Assembly (NCBI GenBank): GCA_048939995.1
Contig: JBHLOY010000007.1
Location: 32,001-96,000, forward strand
Source of the DNA: Promethearchaeota archaeon
GTDB lineage: Archaea > Asgardarchaeota > Lokiarchaeia > Sigyniarchaeales > SOKP01
Direction of reading: 5' to 3'
Length of the DNA: 64,000 bases
The notes under the pieces were generated by a model that was given only the letters and a program-made list of their open reading frames with translations, did no database searches and had not been told where the DNA came from. Position numbers and translations under genes: made by a program. Of this stretch, positions 1-9,802 are shown one piece after another (the first letter of the stretch is position 1; each line of letters opens with the position of its first letter).

Positions 1-2
1 AA

Positions 3-344
3 GAAACGTTAAATATTCTAGCTTTAGGAGCTGATTGGTGCCCTGATTGTAATAGAAATATACCAAGATTAATTAAAATTGTAAAGATGCTAAATAATAA
101 AGACCTGACTCTTAAAATTTTATATGGAATTATGAAAGACGCATTTCATAAACCTAATGAACCAATTTGGCACAAAAAACGATCACCAAAAGAAGCTCTA
201 AATCCGAAATTTGATTTAAAAGCCATTCCTACAATTTATTTTTTTAACAAGAAGGGAGATTATTTAGGAGCAATTATAGAGAACCCCAAAGAAGAATCAA
301 CAATTGAGGAAGATGTGCTCGAAATACTCCAAAAAAGCCTATAA
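3..344 (+). CDS. Thioredoxin-family protein (WCPDC), 5'-truncated by the window edge
   Basis: The frame of ORF 87..344 is open back to position 3 and reads ETLNILALGADWCPDCNRNIP. A cis-Pro-type motif (AIPTIYF) follows downstream. Confidence 0.85.
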   Translation, partial: ETLNILALGADWCPDCNRNIPRLIKIVKMLNNKDLTLKILYGIMKDAFHKPNEPIWHKKRSPKEALNPKFDLKAIPTIYFFNKKGDYLGAIIENPKEESTIEEDVLEILQKSL

Positions 345-403
345 TTTTTATTTTCTGTATCATCTAATCAACATTTAAATTAATAGGAAGCTATAATATT
401 CCT

Positions 404-2449
404 ATGTCTAAATTAAAAGTTAAGAAAGTCATTATTTTCAAACATGGAGTTTCCTATTATATTCTTGAGGGGATTGTAAAGGGAACTGATACATTTGAGC
501 TTGAGTTCAAAATTGATGAGATGGACGATATATTAAAATCACTCTTTGTTTTAGATACCAGTAAAAATGGTTATATTAGTTCTATATCTTATGATGCGGC
601 ATTAGATACTTCACAACTACTAAAATCCATAATGTTAGATATACCAGATACAGATTCATTTAGTTCTCTCGTGGCACAAATAAAGGGAGCAAGTGTTGAT
701 CTAAGTATTGGTGGAGCTAAGAAGATTTCAGGGACAATTATGGGTATTGAGACCGTAGAAAAAGTAGTTAAAGATGAGAAGATTTTTGAGAAAAAACTTG
801 TTTTATTACAAGATGAAGAAGTTGTTACAAAAATCGGATTTAATGAGATAAAATCATTGGACATTCTAAATGAAGATATAAAGAAGGATTTGAAATTTTT
901 CTTGGATACTGTAATATCCGGTAAAAAGAAAGATGCTAAAAAAATTATAATTAATTGTGAGTCAGGTGGAGATGATAACGTTGAAAGGAACGTTTTTGTC
1001 TCGTATATCCGAGAAAGTCCCATTTGGAAAACTTCCTATCGTCTAATTATAAGTAAGGAGCAAGCGCTGGAGAATAAATGTTTATTATCTGGATGGAGCT
1101 TAATTGAAAATACCACAAATCAAGATTGGGAAGCTATAGAATTAAGTCTTGTTGCTGGAATGCCTGTTTCATTTAAGTACGAATTTTATCGACCGATATT
1201 TATTGAAAGGCCAGTAATTAGACCACCTAAGGTATTGAGCGCGAAGCCAACTGAAATTGAAGAAGGTTTAGAAACAGAAAGATTTAAAGAATATGCGATG
1301 GCAGAAGAGGCAGCACCTACCAGAAGTCTCAAAAAAGCTGCAAGGATGGCTGTTGCTGGAGCTCCAGCGCCAATAGCAAAACAACGTGGTGGCTTCGGAT
1401 ATACAGGAAACGAATTATCTGATGAAGTATTAATGGATAAAATTAAATCACAAACAAAAACTCAGACTAAAGATCTAGGAGAACTATTTGAATATAATAT
1501 AGCAAAACCAGTTTCAATTAAGAGAAAACAGTCAGCTCTAGTCCCTATTTTAACAGAATCAATTAAGGCAAAGAAAGTATTATTATATAATAAAAATGAA
1601 CATGATAGAAATCCAAATGCATGCATAGAAATAACGAATAATACAAATTTAACATTAGAGAGAGGTCCAGCGACGATTATCTATGATGATAATCTTGCTG
1701 GAGAAGCAATTATCCCCTTCTTGAACAAGGATGATACACGACTCTTAAATTATGCGATTGAGCAGGCCATAATCATAACACACGAGCAAAAATCAGAGAA
1801 TCTTAGCGTACATAAAGTAACCTTCGGAAGTGGATATTCTTATGAACATTATTTTACCAATATCACAACTATATACAAAATGAACAATAAAACTGATGAG
1901 GAAAAAGAATTATACTTGGATCATCCGAAAACTTATGAATTCAAATTTATCGAAAAACCAGTAGAACCTGAAGAAACTCCCAATTATTGGCGATTTAAAA
2001 TAACTTTAAAACCAAAAGAAGCAATTAAATTCACACTTAAAGAACAAAGAGAAAACTATAGTAGTAATTATTTATGGAATTGGTCAAAGGATGATTTCTT
2101 AAAACGTATTGGATTTTATGTTAAAAAGAAGTTTATTGATGCCGCCCTTGAAAACCAATTAAAAGAAATAGCTGAGCAAATACAAAAATTAAATGATCTT
2201 AAAGATATGAGAGAAAAACTCTATGAAGAAAGAGATTTAATGACAAATGAACAAGTAAGACTTAGAGAAAACATTTCTGTCTTAGGAGATGATTCGCAAT
2301 CAATCACCCTAAAAGAAAGATATGTGAAAAAGTTAAACGATCAAGAAAATAGATTTGAAAAGATTTCAGTAGAATTAACAAAATTAGATAAAGAGGTTGA
2401 TTCATTGAACAAAGAAATTCAGAAGAAAATGGAAAAATTACCAGCTTAA
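404..2449 (+). CDS. DUF4139/DUF4140-domain protein with C-terminal coiled coil
   Basis: 681-aa ORF with N-terminal VIIFKHGV and PIWKTSYRL, and a ENTTNQDWEAIELSLVAG motif. It has a low-complexity Ala-rich middle and a heptad-rich C-terminus. Confidence 0.75.
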   Translation: MSKLKVKKVIIFKHGVSYYILEGIVKGTDTFELEFKIDEMDDILKSLFVLDTSKNGYISSISYDAALDTSQLLKSIMLDIPDTDSFSSLVAQIKGASVDLSIGGAKKISGTIMGIETVEKVVKDEKIFEKKLVLLQDEEVVTKIGFNEIKSLDILNEDIKKDLKFFLDTVISGKKKDAKKIIINCESGGDDNVERNVFVSYIRESPIWKTSYRLIISKEQALENKCLLSGWSLIENTTNQDWEAIELSLVAGMPVSFKYEFYRPIFIERPVIRPPKVLSAKPTEIEEGLETERFKEYAMAEEAAPTRSLKKAARMAVAGAPAPIAKQRGGFGYTGNELSDEVLMDKIKSQTKTQTKDLGELFEYNIAKPVSIKRKQSALVPILTESIKAKKVLLYNKNEHDRNPNACIEITNNTNLTLERGPATIIYDDNLAGEAIIPFLNKDDTRLLNYAIEQAIIITHEQKSENLSVHKVTFGSGYSYEHYFTNITTIYKMNNKTDEEKELYLDHPKTYEFKFIEKPVEPEETPNYWRFKITLKPKEAIKFTLKEQRENYSSNYLWNWSKDDFLKRIGFYVKKKFIDAALENQLKEIAEQIQKLNDLKDMREKLYEERDLMTNEQVRLRENISVLGDDSQSITLKERYVKKLNDQENRFEKISVELTKLDKEVDSLNKEIQKKMEKLPA

Positions 2450-2575
2450 CCTTTTCTGTTTATTTTCATACTTTTTTTCCAATAAATAAGTAATTATTCA
2501 TTTGATAAATTTCTAAAATGGAAAAGAACTTAAATTATGAAATATTATATATGAATACATTTGAAGGTGTAAACC

Positions 2576-2788
2576 ATGAGTATCGAAGAACTTGAAGATC
2601 AAGTTGAAAAATTATTAGAAGAAAGAGATAAGCTCGAAGAAATATGCGATACGCTCCCTGAGTGCGAAGAAGATGATGGATGTGAAACTTGCAAAAATTA
2701 CGAAAAGATTTCTGAGCTCGATGACAAAATCGAAGAACTAGAAAACAAAATTGAAGAACTAACGGGCGAAGAAGAGGACGACGATTAG
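2576..2788 (+). CDS. Small acidic coiled-coil protein with CX5CX5CX2C motif
   Basis: 70 aa with a GAAGGTG SD-like sequence upstream. Two heptad helices flank four Cys residues. Confidence 0.75.
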   Translation: MSIEELEDQVEKLLEERDKLEEICDTLPECEEDDGCETCKNYEKISELDDKIEELENKIEELTGEEEDDD

Positions 2789-2826
2789 ACAAATCTTTTT
2801 TCTAATAAATTTTAATTATTCTTCTT

Positions 2827-3726
2827 TTATTTTATTTTTAACTTTTTTAACTCTTTAATTGCCAGATCAAGGCCTTCATTTAAAGTGACTTTAGTTTTAA
2901 ATCCAAGTTTTTCCTCGGCTTTAGTAGGCTTAGCATAGAATTTACTAACATCGTACGATCGAGATTTAGAAAATTTAATTTGTGAGTGACTTCTTGTTTT
3001 TTCAATAATTAATCTAGCTAACTCTTTTAAAGAGATGGGAATACCACTTGAAATATTGTAAACATCAAAGGGGATATCGCTTTTTGAAATTTCTTGAATA
3101 CAAGCGTAGATTCCTTGAACAGTATCTTCAATATATGTGAAATCAAATTGCTCATTGCCACTCCCATTGATAATTAAATCTTCATCATTGAGTGCTTGAA
3201 TAATAAACTTCGGAATTACTCGATCTAGTTGATCTCTAATTCCAGTATATACATTTGAGAACCTTAACACTCTTGTTTTTACCCCATAATGAGTAGAATA
3301 AATCTTACATATATCTTCTCCGGTTACTTTCGAGATTCCATAGATATTAATGCTTTTTCTAGGAGAATCTTCGGTAACAGGCAAAAATGGTGATTCTCCA
3401 TACACTTCTCTAGATGATCCAAAAACAACCCAAGGGTAATTTTTACTCCCTTTTCTGGCAACTTCAAGAACATTACTAGTACCTCCAATATTTGTTTGAA
3501 TGCATTTTAAAGGATTCTCTTGAGCAATCTTTACTCTACTTACTGCTGCTAAATGAATCACACCATCTATATTTTCCATCTTTGCTTCCAAGCGATCTAA
3601 ATCTCTTATATTATCCTTTGGGTTCTCTCTTATATCATATGAGATAATTTCAATATTAATTTGCTCTAACATGCACTTAAGAGCAGATCCTATAAATCCT
3701 TCACTTCCAGTAATTAAGAGCTTCAT
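2827..3726 (-). CDS. NAD-dependent nucleotide-sugar epimerase/dehydratase (extended SDR)
   Basis: TGSEGFIG Rossmann motif, HLAA, and YGISK (YxxxK). Confidence 0.9.
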   Translation of the reverse strand: MKLLITGSEGFIGSALKCMLEQINIEIISYDIRENPKDNIRDLDRLEAKMENIDGVIHLAAVSRVKIAQENPLKCIQTNIGGTSNVLEVARKGSKNYPWVVFGSSREVYGESPFLPVTEDSPRKSINIYGISKVTGEDICKIYSTHYGVKTRVLRFSNVYTGIRDQLDRVIPKFIIQALNDEDLIINGSGNEQFDFTYIEDTVQGIYACIQEISKSDIPFDVYNISSGIPISLKELARLIIEKTRSHSQIKFSKSRSYDVSKFYAKPTKAEEKLGFKTKVTLNEGLDLAIKELKKLKIK

Positions 3727-3859
3727 AATTTGATCAAATATAAAATATCATTTAATGTTTAAGGTTGTTGTGCTTAAAAAAACTTAAATAATTACATCAT
3801 ATTTTCCTCATTATACTTATTTTCTAACTAGAAATTAAATCAAAAAAGATGATTTAAAA

Positions 3860-5158
3860 GTGAGCGAAAAAAAAAAATTCCAAACTCAAGCTATTGATGA
3901 TGAGATTTTGGATAAATTAAGCTTGAAAAATCGCTATGCTTTCTTGAATAATAATCTAACTTCTATTTTATCCCCGAAAGAATTTAACTTTTTACGCGAA
4001 GTCCAACGCTTCTGCATGAGGTTTGAAAAAAAGAACAACATTACTCATGGACCAGATGAGGATATTTATGAGTGGGTTCCCGAATTTGGGGAAAAAGGAT
4101 ATATTACACGACAACACACATTTGATGTGTGTGATGTGCATTATGATGAATGGGGGTTAGCTCCTGATTTTATGAGAAACATTGCAATTGATATGTTTGA
4201 CCCTCAGTTCGCAATGGGTGGTGGGGCTACTGTTTTAGCTATAAATCCTGTATATGAACATCATGAACATTTCCCTGTTAGATTAGAAGCATTAAAAGAA
4301 TTGGTCACGGGAAAAAGCCCGGGAGCTATCTTAATCACGGAACCAGAGAGAGGTTCTGATGCTGTCCATCAATTAACTACTTGCACTGAGCAAGATGATG
4401 GTAGCTATCTTCTTAATGGGACTAAAATATACAATACTAACGCACCCCGATCTAAATGGGTTGTATCCTATGCTGCAGCTGAAGCGAATAACGGAAATAC
4501 TATGGCTCAATTTTTAGTTAACACAAATTGGGATGGCTTTAAAGTCGAAAGGGTTAACATTCCATGGGTTCCTAAATTATATCTTGGTAAAGAAACATTT
4601 ACTAACCTTAGAGTGCCCAAAGAATACATTTTGGGTCCAGTAGGAAAAGGACGTGAACATCTCTTCGAAGGACTTGTACCAGAGAGGATATCCATCGCAA
4701 TCATGAGTATGAGCGAATGCTGGGGTGCCTTAGCTCATGCAGTAATTTATGCAAATCTTAGAAAGCAATTTGATCAAGAAATTCTGAAATTCCAAGGAGT
4801 TGGATTTTTACTGGCAGATTTATGGGCTCAAACTACCAATTTGACAATAGGATTGCTTAAATTCTGTGAAGCTTATGATGAAAAATTTGAGAAATTTGGC
4901 GGTGAAATCCCAAAAAATATCTCCCAAGCAATGGTGGCGGGGGCATCACAGATGAAATACCACGCTGCTAAATTGTCTAGAAAAGTCTGCTATGAAAGTG
5001 CTAATCTAATGGGAGGGGCTGGGCTCTGTGATAATACTTTAATGCATGATTATTTGAATATTTCTCGAATCCAAGAAATTGTGGGTGGGTCTAGACAGAT
5101 CCAACAATATATAATGAGTCTAAGCTTACGAACTTTATATAAGATGTCCGTAGGTTAA
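3860..5158 (+). CDS. Acyl-CoA dehydrogenase
   Basis: ITEPERGSD, LNGTKIYNTN, RKQFDQEI and MGGAG motifs. Confidence 0.92.
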   Translation: MSEKKKFQTQAIDDEILDKLSLKNRYAFLNNNLTSILSPKEFNFLREVQRFCMRFEKKNNITHGPDEDIYEWVPEFGEKGYITRQHTFDVCDVHYDEWGLAPDFMRNIAIDMFDPQFAMGGGATVLAINPVYEHHEHFPVRLEALKELVTGKSPGAILITEPERGSDAVHQLTTCTEQDDGSYLLNGTKIYNTNAPRSKWVVSYAAAEANNGNTMAQFLVNTNWDGFKVERVNIPWVPKLYLGKETFTNLRVPKEYILGPVGKGREHLFEGLVPERISIAIMSMSECWGALAHAVIYANLRKQFDQEILKFQGVGFLLADLWAQTTNLTIGLLKFCEAYDEKFEKFGGEIPKNISQAMVAGASQMKYHAAKLSRKVCYESANLMGGAGLCDNTLMHDYLNISRIQEIVGGSRQIQQYIMSLSLRTLYKMSVG

Positions 5159-5203
5159 GTTTGGGTTAATAAATTTAAATTTTTTTTTTTTAATTTCTTA
5201 TCA

Positions 5204-6310
5204 TTAACAAATCATCTTTAATGAGTAATCTTTTTTTTTTTTTAGTATTATCATTGTTAACCCTATGATGGTTATAGTTGATATCCCTATTAAAATATAC
5301 AAATGAAATCCAGGTAGAGTACCAGTTTCTTCGCTCCACGGTAAAGGACATGACATAAATGGAAAATTATCCTCAGCTCCGGCTTTACCACCTATGGTAT
5401 AAGGGGAGTCCCCTATCCCATTATTGTCTACATCTTCTCCTAAATAATCATCCCAATAATTGCCTCTTACGCCGTTATCCCATTGATTATTCAAGCCGTC
5501 ATCTCGTGCGTTTATTGTATTATTAAAACAATTGAGATATATTTCATTTCCAGCTGAGAGAGTAGTAATATCCAATCCTCTGTCAACATTTGTTTTAATT
5601 ACATTTTGTATAATTGTATTATTATTTGAATAGACTTCAAGACGGATACCATCCCCATTATTAGAGACTAGATTGTTTGAAATCACATTCTTTCTATCGT
5701 AACCATCAAGAAGTATCCCTGTATCAGTATTATTCTCTACCACATTATGAGAAATAATATTATGAGTATTCTGATAATTTATCTCTCCATCTAAAAATAT
5801 TCCATATAAAAAGTTGAAAGATGCGTTGTTTGAACTAATTACATTATAACTTGAATTTTGCAACCAAAATAAAGCGCCGCTTAAAGGTATGTTGTGATTA
5901 TTAGTCATCAATCCATTTGTTACATTTATTAAATGGATTCCAACTTGAAAATAATATGATAAAAATTGACAATTTCTAATTATGAAATACTCTCTTGAAT
6001 TTTGAATTGTTAAACAATCATCACCAGTAAATGCAAATGTATTGAATATATGATTTTGAATTATATAAGGATTTGCTACAGTACCAAAACCTGTACAATA
6101 ACCTTGAGATTTAGCCCAACTCCAATTAAATTGACTTTTTGGAAGTCCATTTATTGTTATTGGTGAAAAGTAAGAAGCTGAAACTTTTAAGTCAATATTA
6201 TCTATTGAATCCTTAAAGCCTATTTTTACATTATTGCTATTAATTGCTATCATTGAAGTAGTAATAAGTAGAAGAGAAAGTAAAATAAAATAAGATTTTT
6301 CAATTTTCAA
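5204..6310 (-). CDS. Secreted NosD/CASH right-handed beta-helix surface protein with Loki-CTERM-like C-terminal anchor
   Basis: N-terminal signal/TM segment, Asn-rich NxIxxNxxxxNxxGI repeats, GNYWDDY..D..GIGD.PY motif, and a C-terminal PGF + hydrophobic helix + KKKK. Confidence 0.85.
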   Translation of the reverse strand: MKIEKSYFILLSLLLITTSMIAINSNNVKIGFKDSIDNIDLKVSASYFSPITINGLPKSQFNWSWAKSQGYCTGFGTVANPYIIQNHIFNTFAFTGDDCLTIQNSREYFIIRNCQFLSYYFQVGIHLINVTNGLMTNNHNIPLSGALFWLQNSSYNVISSNNASFNFLYGIFLDGEINYQNTHNIISHNVVENNTDTGILLDGYDRKNVISNNLVSNNGDGIRLEVYSNNNTIIQNVIKTNVDRGLDITTLSAGNEIYLNCFNNTINARDDGLNNQWDNGVRGNYWDDYLGEDVDNNGIGDSPYTIGGKAGAEDNFPFMSCPLPWSEETGTLPGFHLYILIGISTITIIGLTMIILKKKKDYSLKMIC

Positions 6311-6443
6311 TATTAAATCCCCTATTCCTATTTTTTTATATAGAAAATAGGTTTGTCCTATAAAAATATATCTCCTAACGCTTTAGGATTAAGTTGAATA
6401 AATTAAATAATAAAAAAGAAAATTTTTTAAGTAAATTTTTTCT

Positions 6444-7163
6444 TTAAGAAGTGCTTCGTGGTTTAGGCATGAAATTATACAGCCATAATGCAAACTCACG
6501 AGGATTTCTTGATTGCATTATAACCCTTCCAGGACCTTTTAATTGAGTTATCAAACCTTCCCCCGAAAGAAATGTTGACTTTAAACCTCCGACTCTTTTA
6601 ATGTCAAAAGAAACAGTTGATTCCATTGCAACTAAATGTCCGTTATCACAATTAAAAAGTTGATTGTCAGCTAAATTTGTTTCAATAAATGCTCCCATAG
6701 CACCAACAAATAAATCCCCAGGTCCGTTTAATGCGTCTATTTTTAAGTAAAAAGCTCTTTCCCCACCAAAAATAGACCTTTTTAAACCCAGGAAACTTGT
6801 TTCTGTCTCAAAATGTATAGAGCTAGCAATGAAGCATCCGCTAAAAAGTATCCAACTATCATTTTTTTCTAATGAAAGATGCATTAAATCTCCAGGAAAG
6901 GCAGGAGCTAATCCTAGATTCCCTTCTTCATTAGCCTCAAATGTGTTCATAAAGAAAGTTTCACCAGCTAAAACACGTTTTAGTGACTTCAGAAATCCTT
7001 TCGAAGCCTTTTTTGTAGAAATACTCAAAGTGGGATCAAAATATATCATAGTTCCACCTTCACACTGTATTTGCTGCCCTTTACTTAAATGAATTTCTAT
7101 ATAAGAAAAAGTAGGACTTTTTAATATATCATATTCATACTCTTTTCCATTTGTCATTGTCAT
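6444..7163 (-). CDS. AIM24/TIGR00266 family protein
   Basis: LAGETFFMNTF, APAFPGD, DNGHLVA, and SGEGL..GPGRVIMQSR motifs. Confidence 0.88.
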   Translation of the reverse strand: MTMTNGKEYEYDILKSPTFSYIEIHLSKGQQIQCEGGTMIYFDPTLSISTKKASKGFLKSLKRVLAGETFFMNTFEANEEGNLGLAPAFPGDLMHLSLEKNDSWILFSGCFIASSIHFETETSFLGLKRSIFGGERAFYLKIDALNGPGDLFVGAMGAFIETNLADNQLFNCDNGHLVAMESTVSFDIKRVGGLKSTFLSGEGLITQLKGPGRVIMQSRNPREFALWLYNFMPKPRSTS

Positions 7164-7297
7164 TCACGTTATTTTTCAATATGGATAAAAAATATAAATT
7201 AATCCTAATAAACTTTTATTTATTACACAGTTAAATACTTCATACTATTAAACTAGGGATAAAAAAATAGAAAAAAGAAATTATTGAAAAGTTTGAA

Positions 7298-8599
7298 CTA
7301 TATGCCCGTCATCTTGTAAAGTGTCCTCATAGCCATAGACATAATGTATTGCTGTATTTGTCTACTTCCTCCAACTATTTCTTGAATCCTGGAGATATTT
7401 AGAAGGTCATGCATTAAAGTATTATCAGATAATCCAGCACCACCCATAAGATTTGCGGCCTCATAACAAATTTGCATTGAAAGCGATGTACAGTGATATT
7501 TAAACATAGAGGCTGAAGCTACCATGGCTTGGGAGATGTTTTTGGGCAATTCACCTCCAAATTTCTCAACTTTCTCATCATATTTCTCACAAAATCTTAG
7601 AAGACCAAGAGTTACATTAGTTAATCGTGCCCATAGATCCGTTAAAAGAAAACCAACACCCTGAAATTTTAGAATTTCTTGATCAAATTGCTTTCGATTG
7701 TTTACGTAAATTGCTGCGTGAGCAACAGCATTCCAACACTGAGAAGTAGAGTCTAATGCTATGCCAATCCTTTCTGGTACTAAACCTTCGAATAGATGTT
7801 CTCTACCCTTTCCAATTCCCCCGAGTACAAATTCTTTGGGGACATGTAAATTCCTGAAGAACTCATGTCCAAGAAAAACGCGTGGGACCCATGGAATAAA
7901 CACACGTTCGCAAATCCACCCATCCCAAGAAGTATCAATAAGAAATTGCGCCATCGTATTTCCATTATTAGCTTCGGCTGTAGCATAAGCAACTACATAA
8001 CCTGATTTTGGAGCATTAGTATTGTATATTTTTTCTCCATTTAGAATGAAACTTCCATCGGGTTGTTCTTCACATAAAGTGAGCATGTGAACAGCATCTG
8101 ATCCTCGCTCCGGTTCAGTAATTAAAATTGCACCTGGAGATCCTCCGGTTACAAATTTTTTTAAAATTTCGAGTCTGATGGGGATATTTTCATGATGATA
8201 GTAAACTGGATTTATAGCTAACACGGTTGCCCCACCTGCCATACTGAATTGAGGATCAAAGAAATTAAGTGCTAAACAACGTAATAGTTCTACTGTCATC
8301 CCATTTTCAGGATAACTAAGATCAATTTCTTCATATGGATGTGCCCTAGAGATCAATCCTTCCTTTCCAAATTCGGGAATCCACTCATAGACATCCTCAT
8401 CAGTTCTATGAGAGATGTTATTCTTTTTCTCAAATCGCATACAAAATTTTTCAGCTTTTTTAAGGAAATTAAGTTGTTCCGGTTCCAGTGCAGTCATAAG
8501 GGCAGTATTTAGGAACTGATATCTGCTTTTTAAGCTTAACTTTTCTAAAATCTCATCGTTAATAGCTTGACTCATAAATTTGGTTTTTTTCTCTTCCAA
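7298..8599 (-). CDS. Acyl-CoA dehydrogenase (paralog of 3860..5158)
   Basis: Same motifs, with long stretches identical to the 3860..5158 protein. Confidence 0.92.
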   Translation of the reverse strand: MEEKKTKFMSQAINDEILEKLSLKSRYQFLNTALMTALEPEQLNFLKKAEKFCMRFEKKNNISHRTDEDVYEWIPEFGKEGLISRAHPYEEIDLSYPENGMTVELLRCLALNFFDPQFSMAGGATVLAINPVYYHHENIPIRLEILKKFVTGGSPGAILITEPERGSDAVHMLTLCEEQPDGSFILNGEKIYNTNAPKSGYVVAYATAEANNGNTMAQFLIDTSWDGWICERVFIPWVPRVFLGHEFFRNLHVPKEFVLGGIGKGREHLFEGLVPERIGIALDSTSQCWNAVAHAAIYVNNRKQFDQEILKFQGVGFLLTDLWARLTNVTLGLLRFCEKYDEKVEKFGGELPKNISQAMVASASMFKYHCTSLSMQICYEAANLMGGAGLSDNTLMHDLLNISRIQEIVGGSRQIQQYIMSMAMRTLYKMTGI

Positions 8600-8869
8600 T
8601 TTTTAACTCCTCTTTAGTTTTTTAATATTTTATAGGGATAGTATTATGATTAGAAAAGTAAGAATTGACTTTTTAATTTTGTTAAAATTTATTATTCCAA
8701 TTTGAAAATAAAATGTCTGTTTTAGAAATTTTTACAAGAATTCGTTATATCTAAGAAATAATTAGATAAATATAATTGCAATTCTGCGTAATTTATTTGA
8801 TGATATTTGACATATTAAAGTACTGACGGTGAATAAACTTAGTTTAACCAAGGCTAAAAAATAATATGA

Positions 8870-9616
8870 TTAGGTGATGAGTTTTTTTAATCTTGTGGAG
8901 AATTTCTTAGAGATTATAAGGGCAGTTTCAAATGGGCAGTTTTTTTTAAATTGGATAATTGAGATAAAATTAACTATTCCCACTAAAGATAAAATTCCAT
9001 AATCCTCGAGAGATATTAATTCATGTATTCTGGAATTTCCAATAATAAATCGGCTTTCTAGGAGACGGATAATTTCGGATAAAACATTAGTATCTAAATA
9101 AGAAAGAATCACTCTACCTGTTTGAGTCAATAAAGCAGATGAAATAACGAAAGAAGAGAATTTATGTAATTCTTGGAATACATCAACAAGATCTCTTTGA
9201 ATTTCTTCTGATATTAATTTTTTACTTTTTTCCATTATATCCTGTATATTTTCTTCAAATTCTTGATATTTTGAAATTTCGCCATCAAAATTTTCTGTAA
9301 TTAGATTTAGGTCAAATTTTTCTAAGAATTGAGTTTTAATCTCTTTTAATTGATTTCTAAGTTCCACTAGATTATCTGTACGATCACTAAATAAAGCAAA
9401 CATTAATTCACTAGAGTTAGCTTTCTCAATTTCAAAAATAAACCTGAAAGGCCCAACTTCTATTTCAGATAATTCTTTAGTTCTAAGAGTTTGTTTAACG
9501 AACGAAAAAATAGCACTTAAAAAACTACTGGTAAGTTTAATGTTGAAAATATCCTCATAGATTTTATAAAAGATTAATTCTCCTGTTGATTTCATTATGA
9601 AGATATTCTTGATCAT
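8870..9616 (-). CDS. Longin-like domain fused to roadblock-like domain (Asgard eukaryotic-signature type)
   Basis: N-terminal IKNIFIMKSTGELIF..LTSSFLSAIFSF is a longin pattern. C-terminal VISSALLTQTGRVILS is a roadblock pattern. Confidence 0.65.
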   Translation of the reverse strand: MIKNIFIMKSTGELIFYKIYEDIFNIKLTSSFLSAIFSFVKQTLRTKELSEIEVGPFRFIFEIEKANSSELMFALFSDRTDNLVELRNQLKEIKTQFLEKFDLNLITENFDGEISKYQEFEENIQDIMEKSKKLISEEIQRDLVDVFQELHKFSSFVISSALLTQTGRVILSYLDTNVLSEIIRLLESRFIIGNSRIHELISLEDYGILSLVGIVNFISIIQFKKNCPFETALIISKKFSTRLKKLIT

Positions 9617-9802
9617 CGTAATCAGAAAACTAATTATTCTTAAAAATTATCGTTCTACATCATTTATGAAATTCCTTCTATAAAAATTCTTTTAAATATA
9701 AAATTATCCTTCTAAAGCAATGAAAAATACCAATCTTACAAAATTATCAATTACAATAAATAAAAGAAAGGTTCAATTTTTATGAAATAGATTAATAGAA
9801 GC

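Noticed and set aside
589-1023. Antisense and nested ORFs in the track (e.g. 589-1023, 2535-2792, 10796-11131, 32306-32668, 46777-47100, 55044-55481, 60976-61272)
   Set aside because: They lie opposite or inside well-supported genes and carry no motifs.
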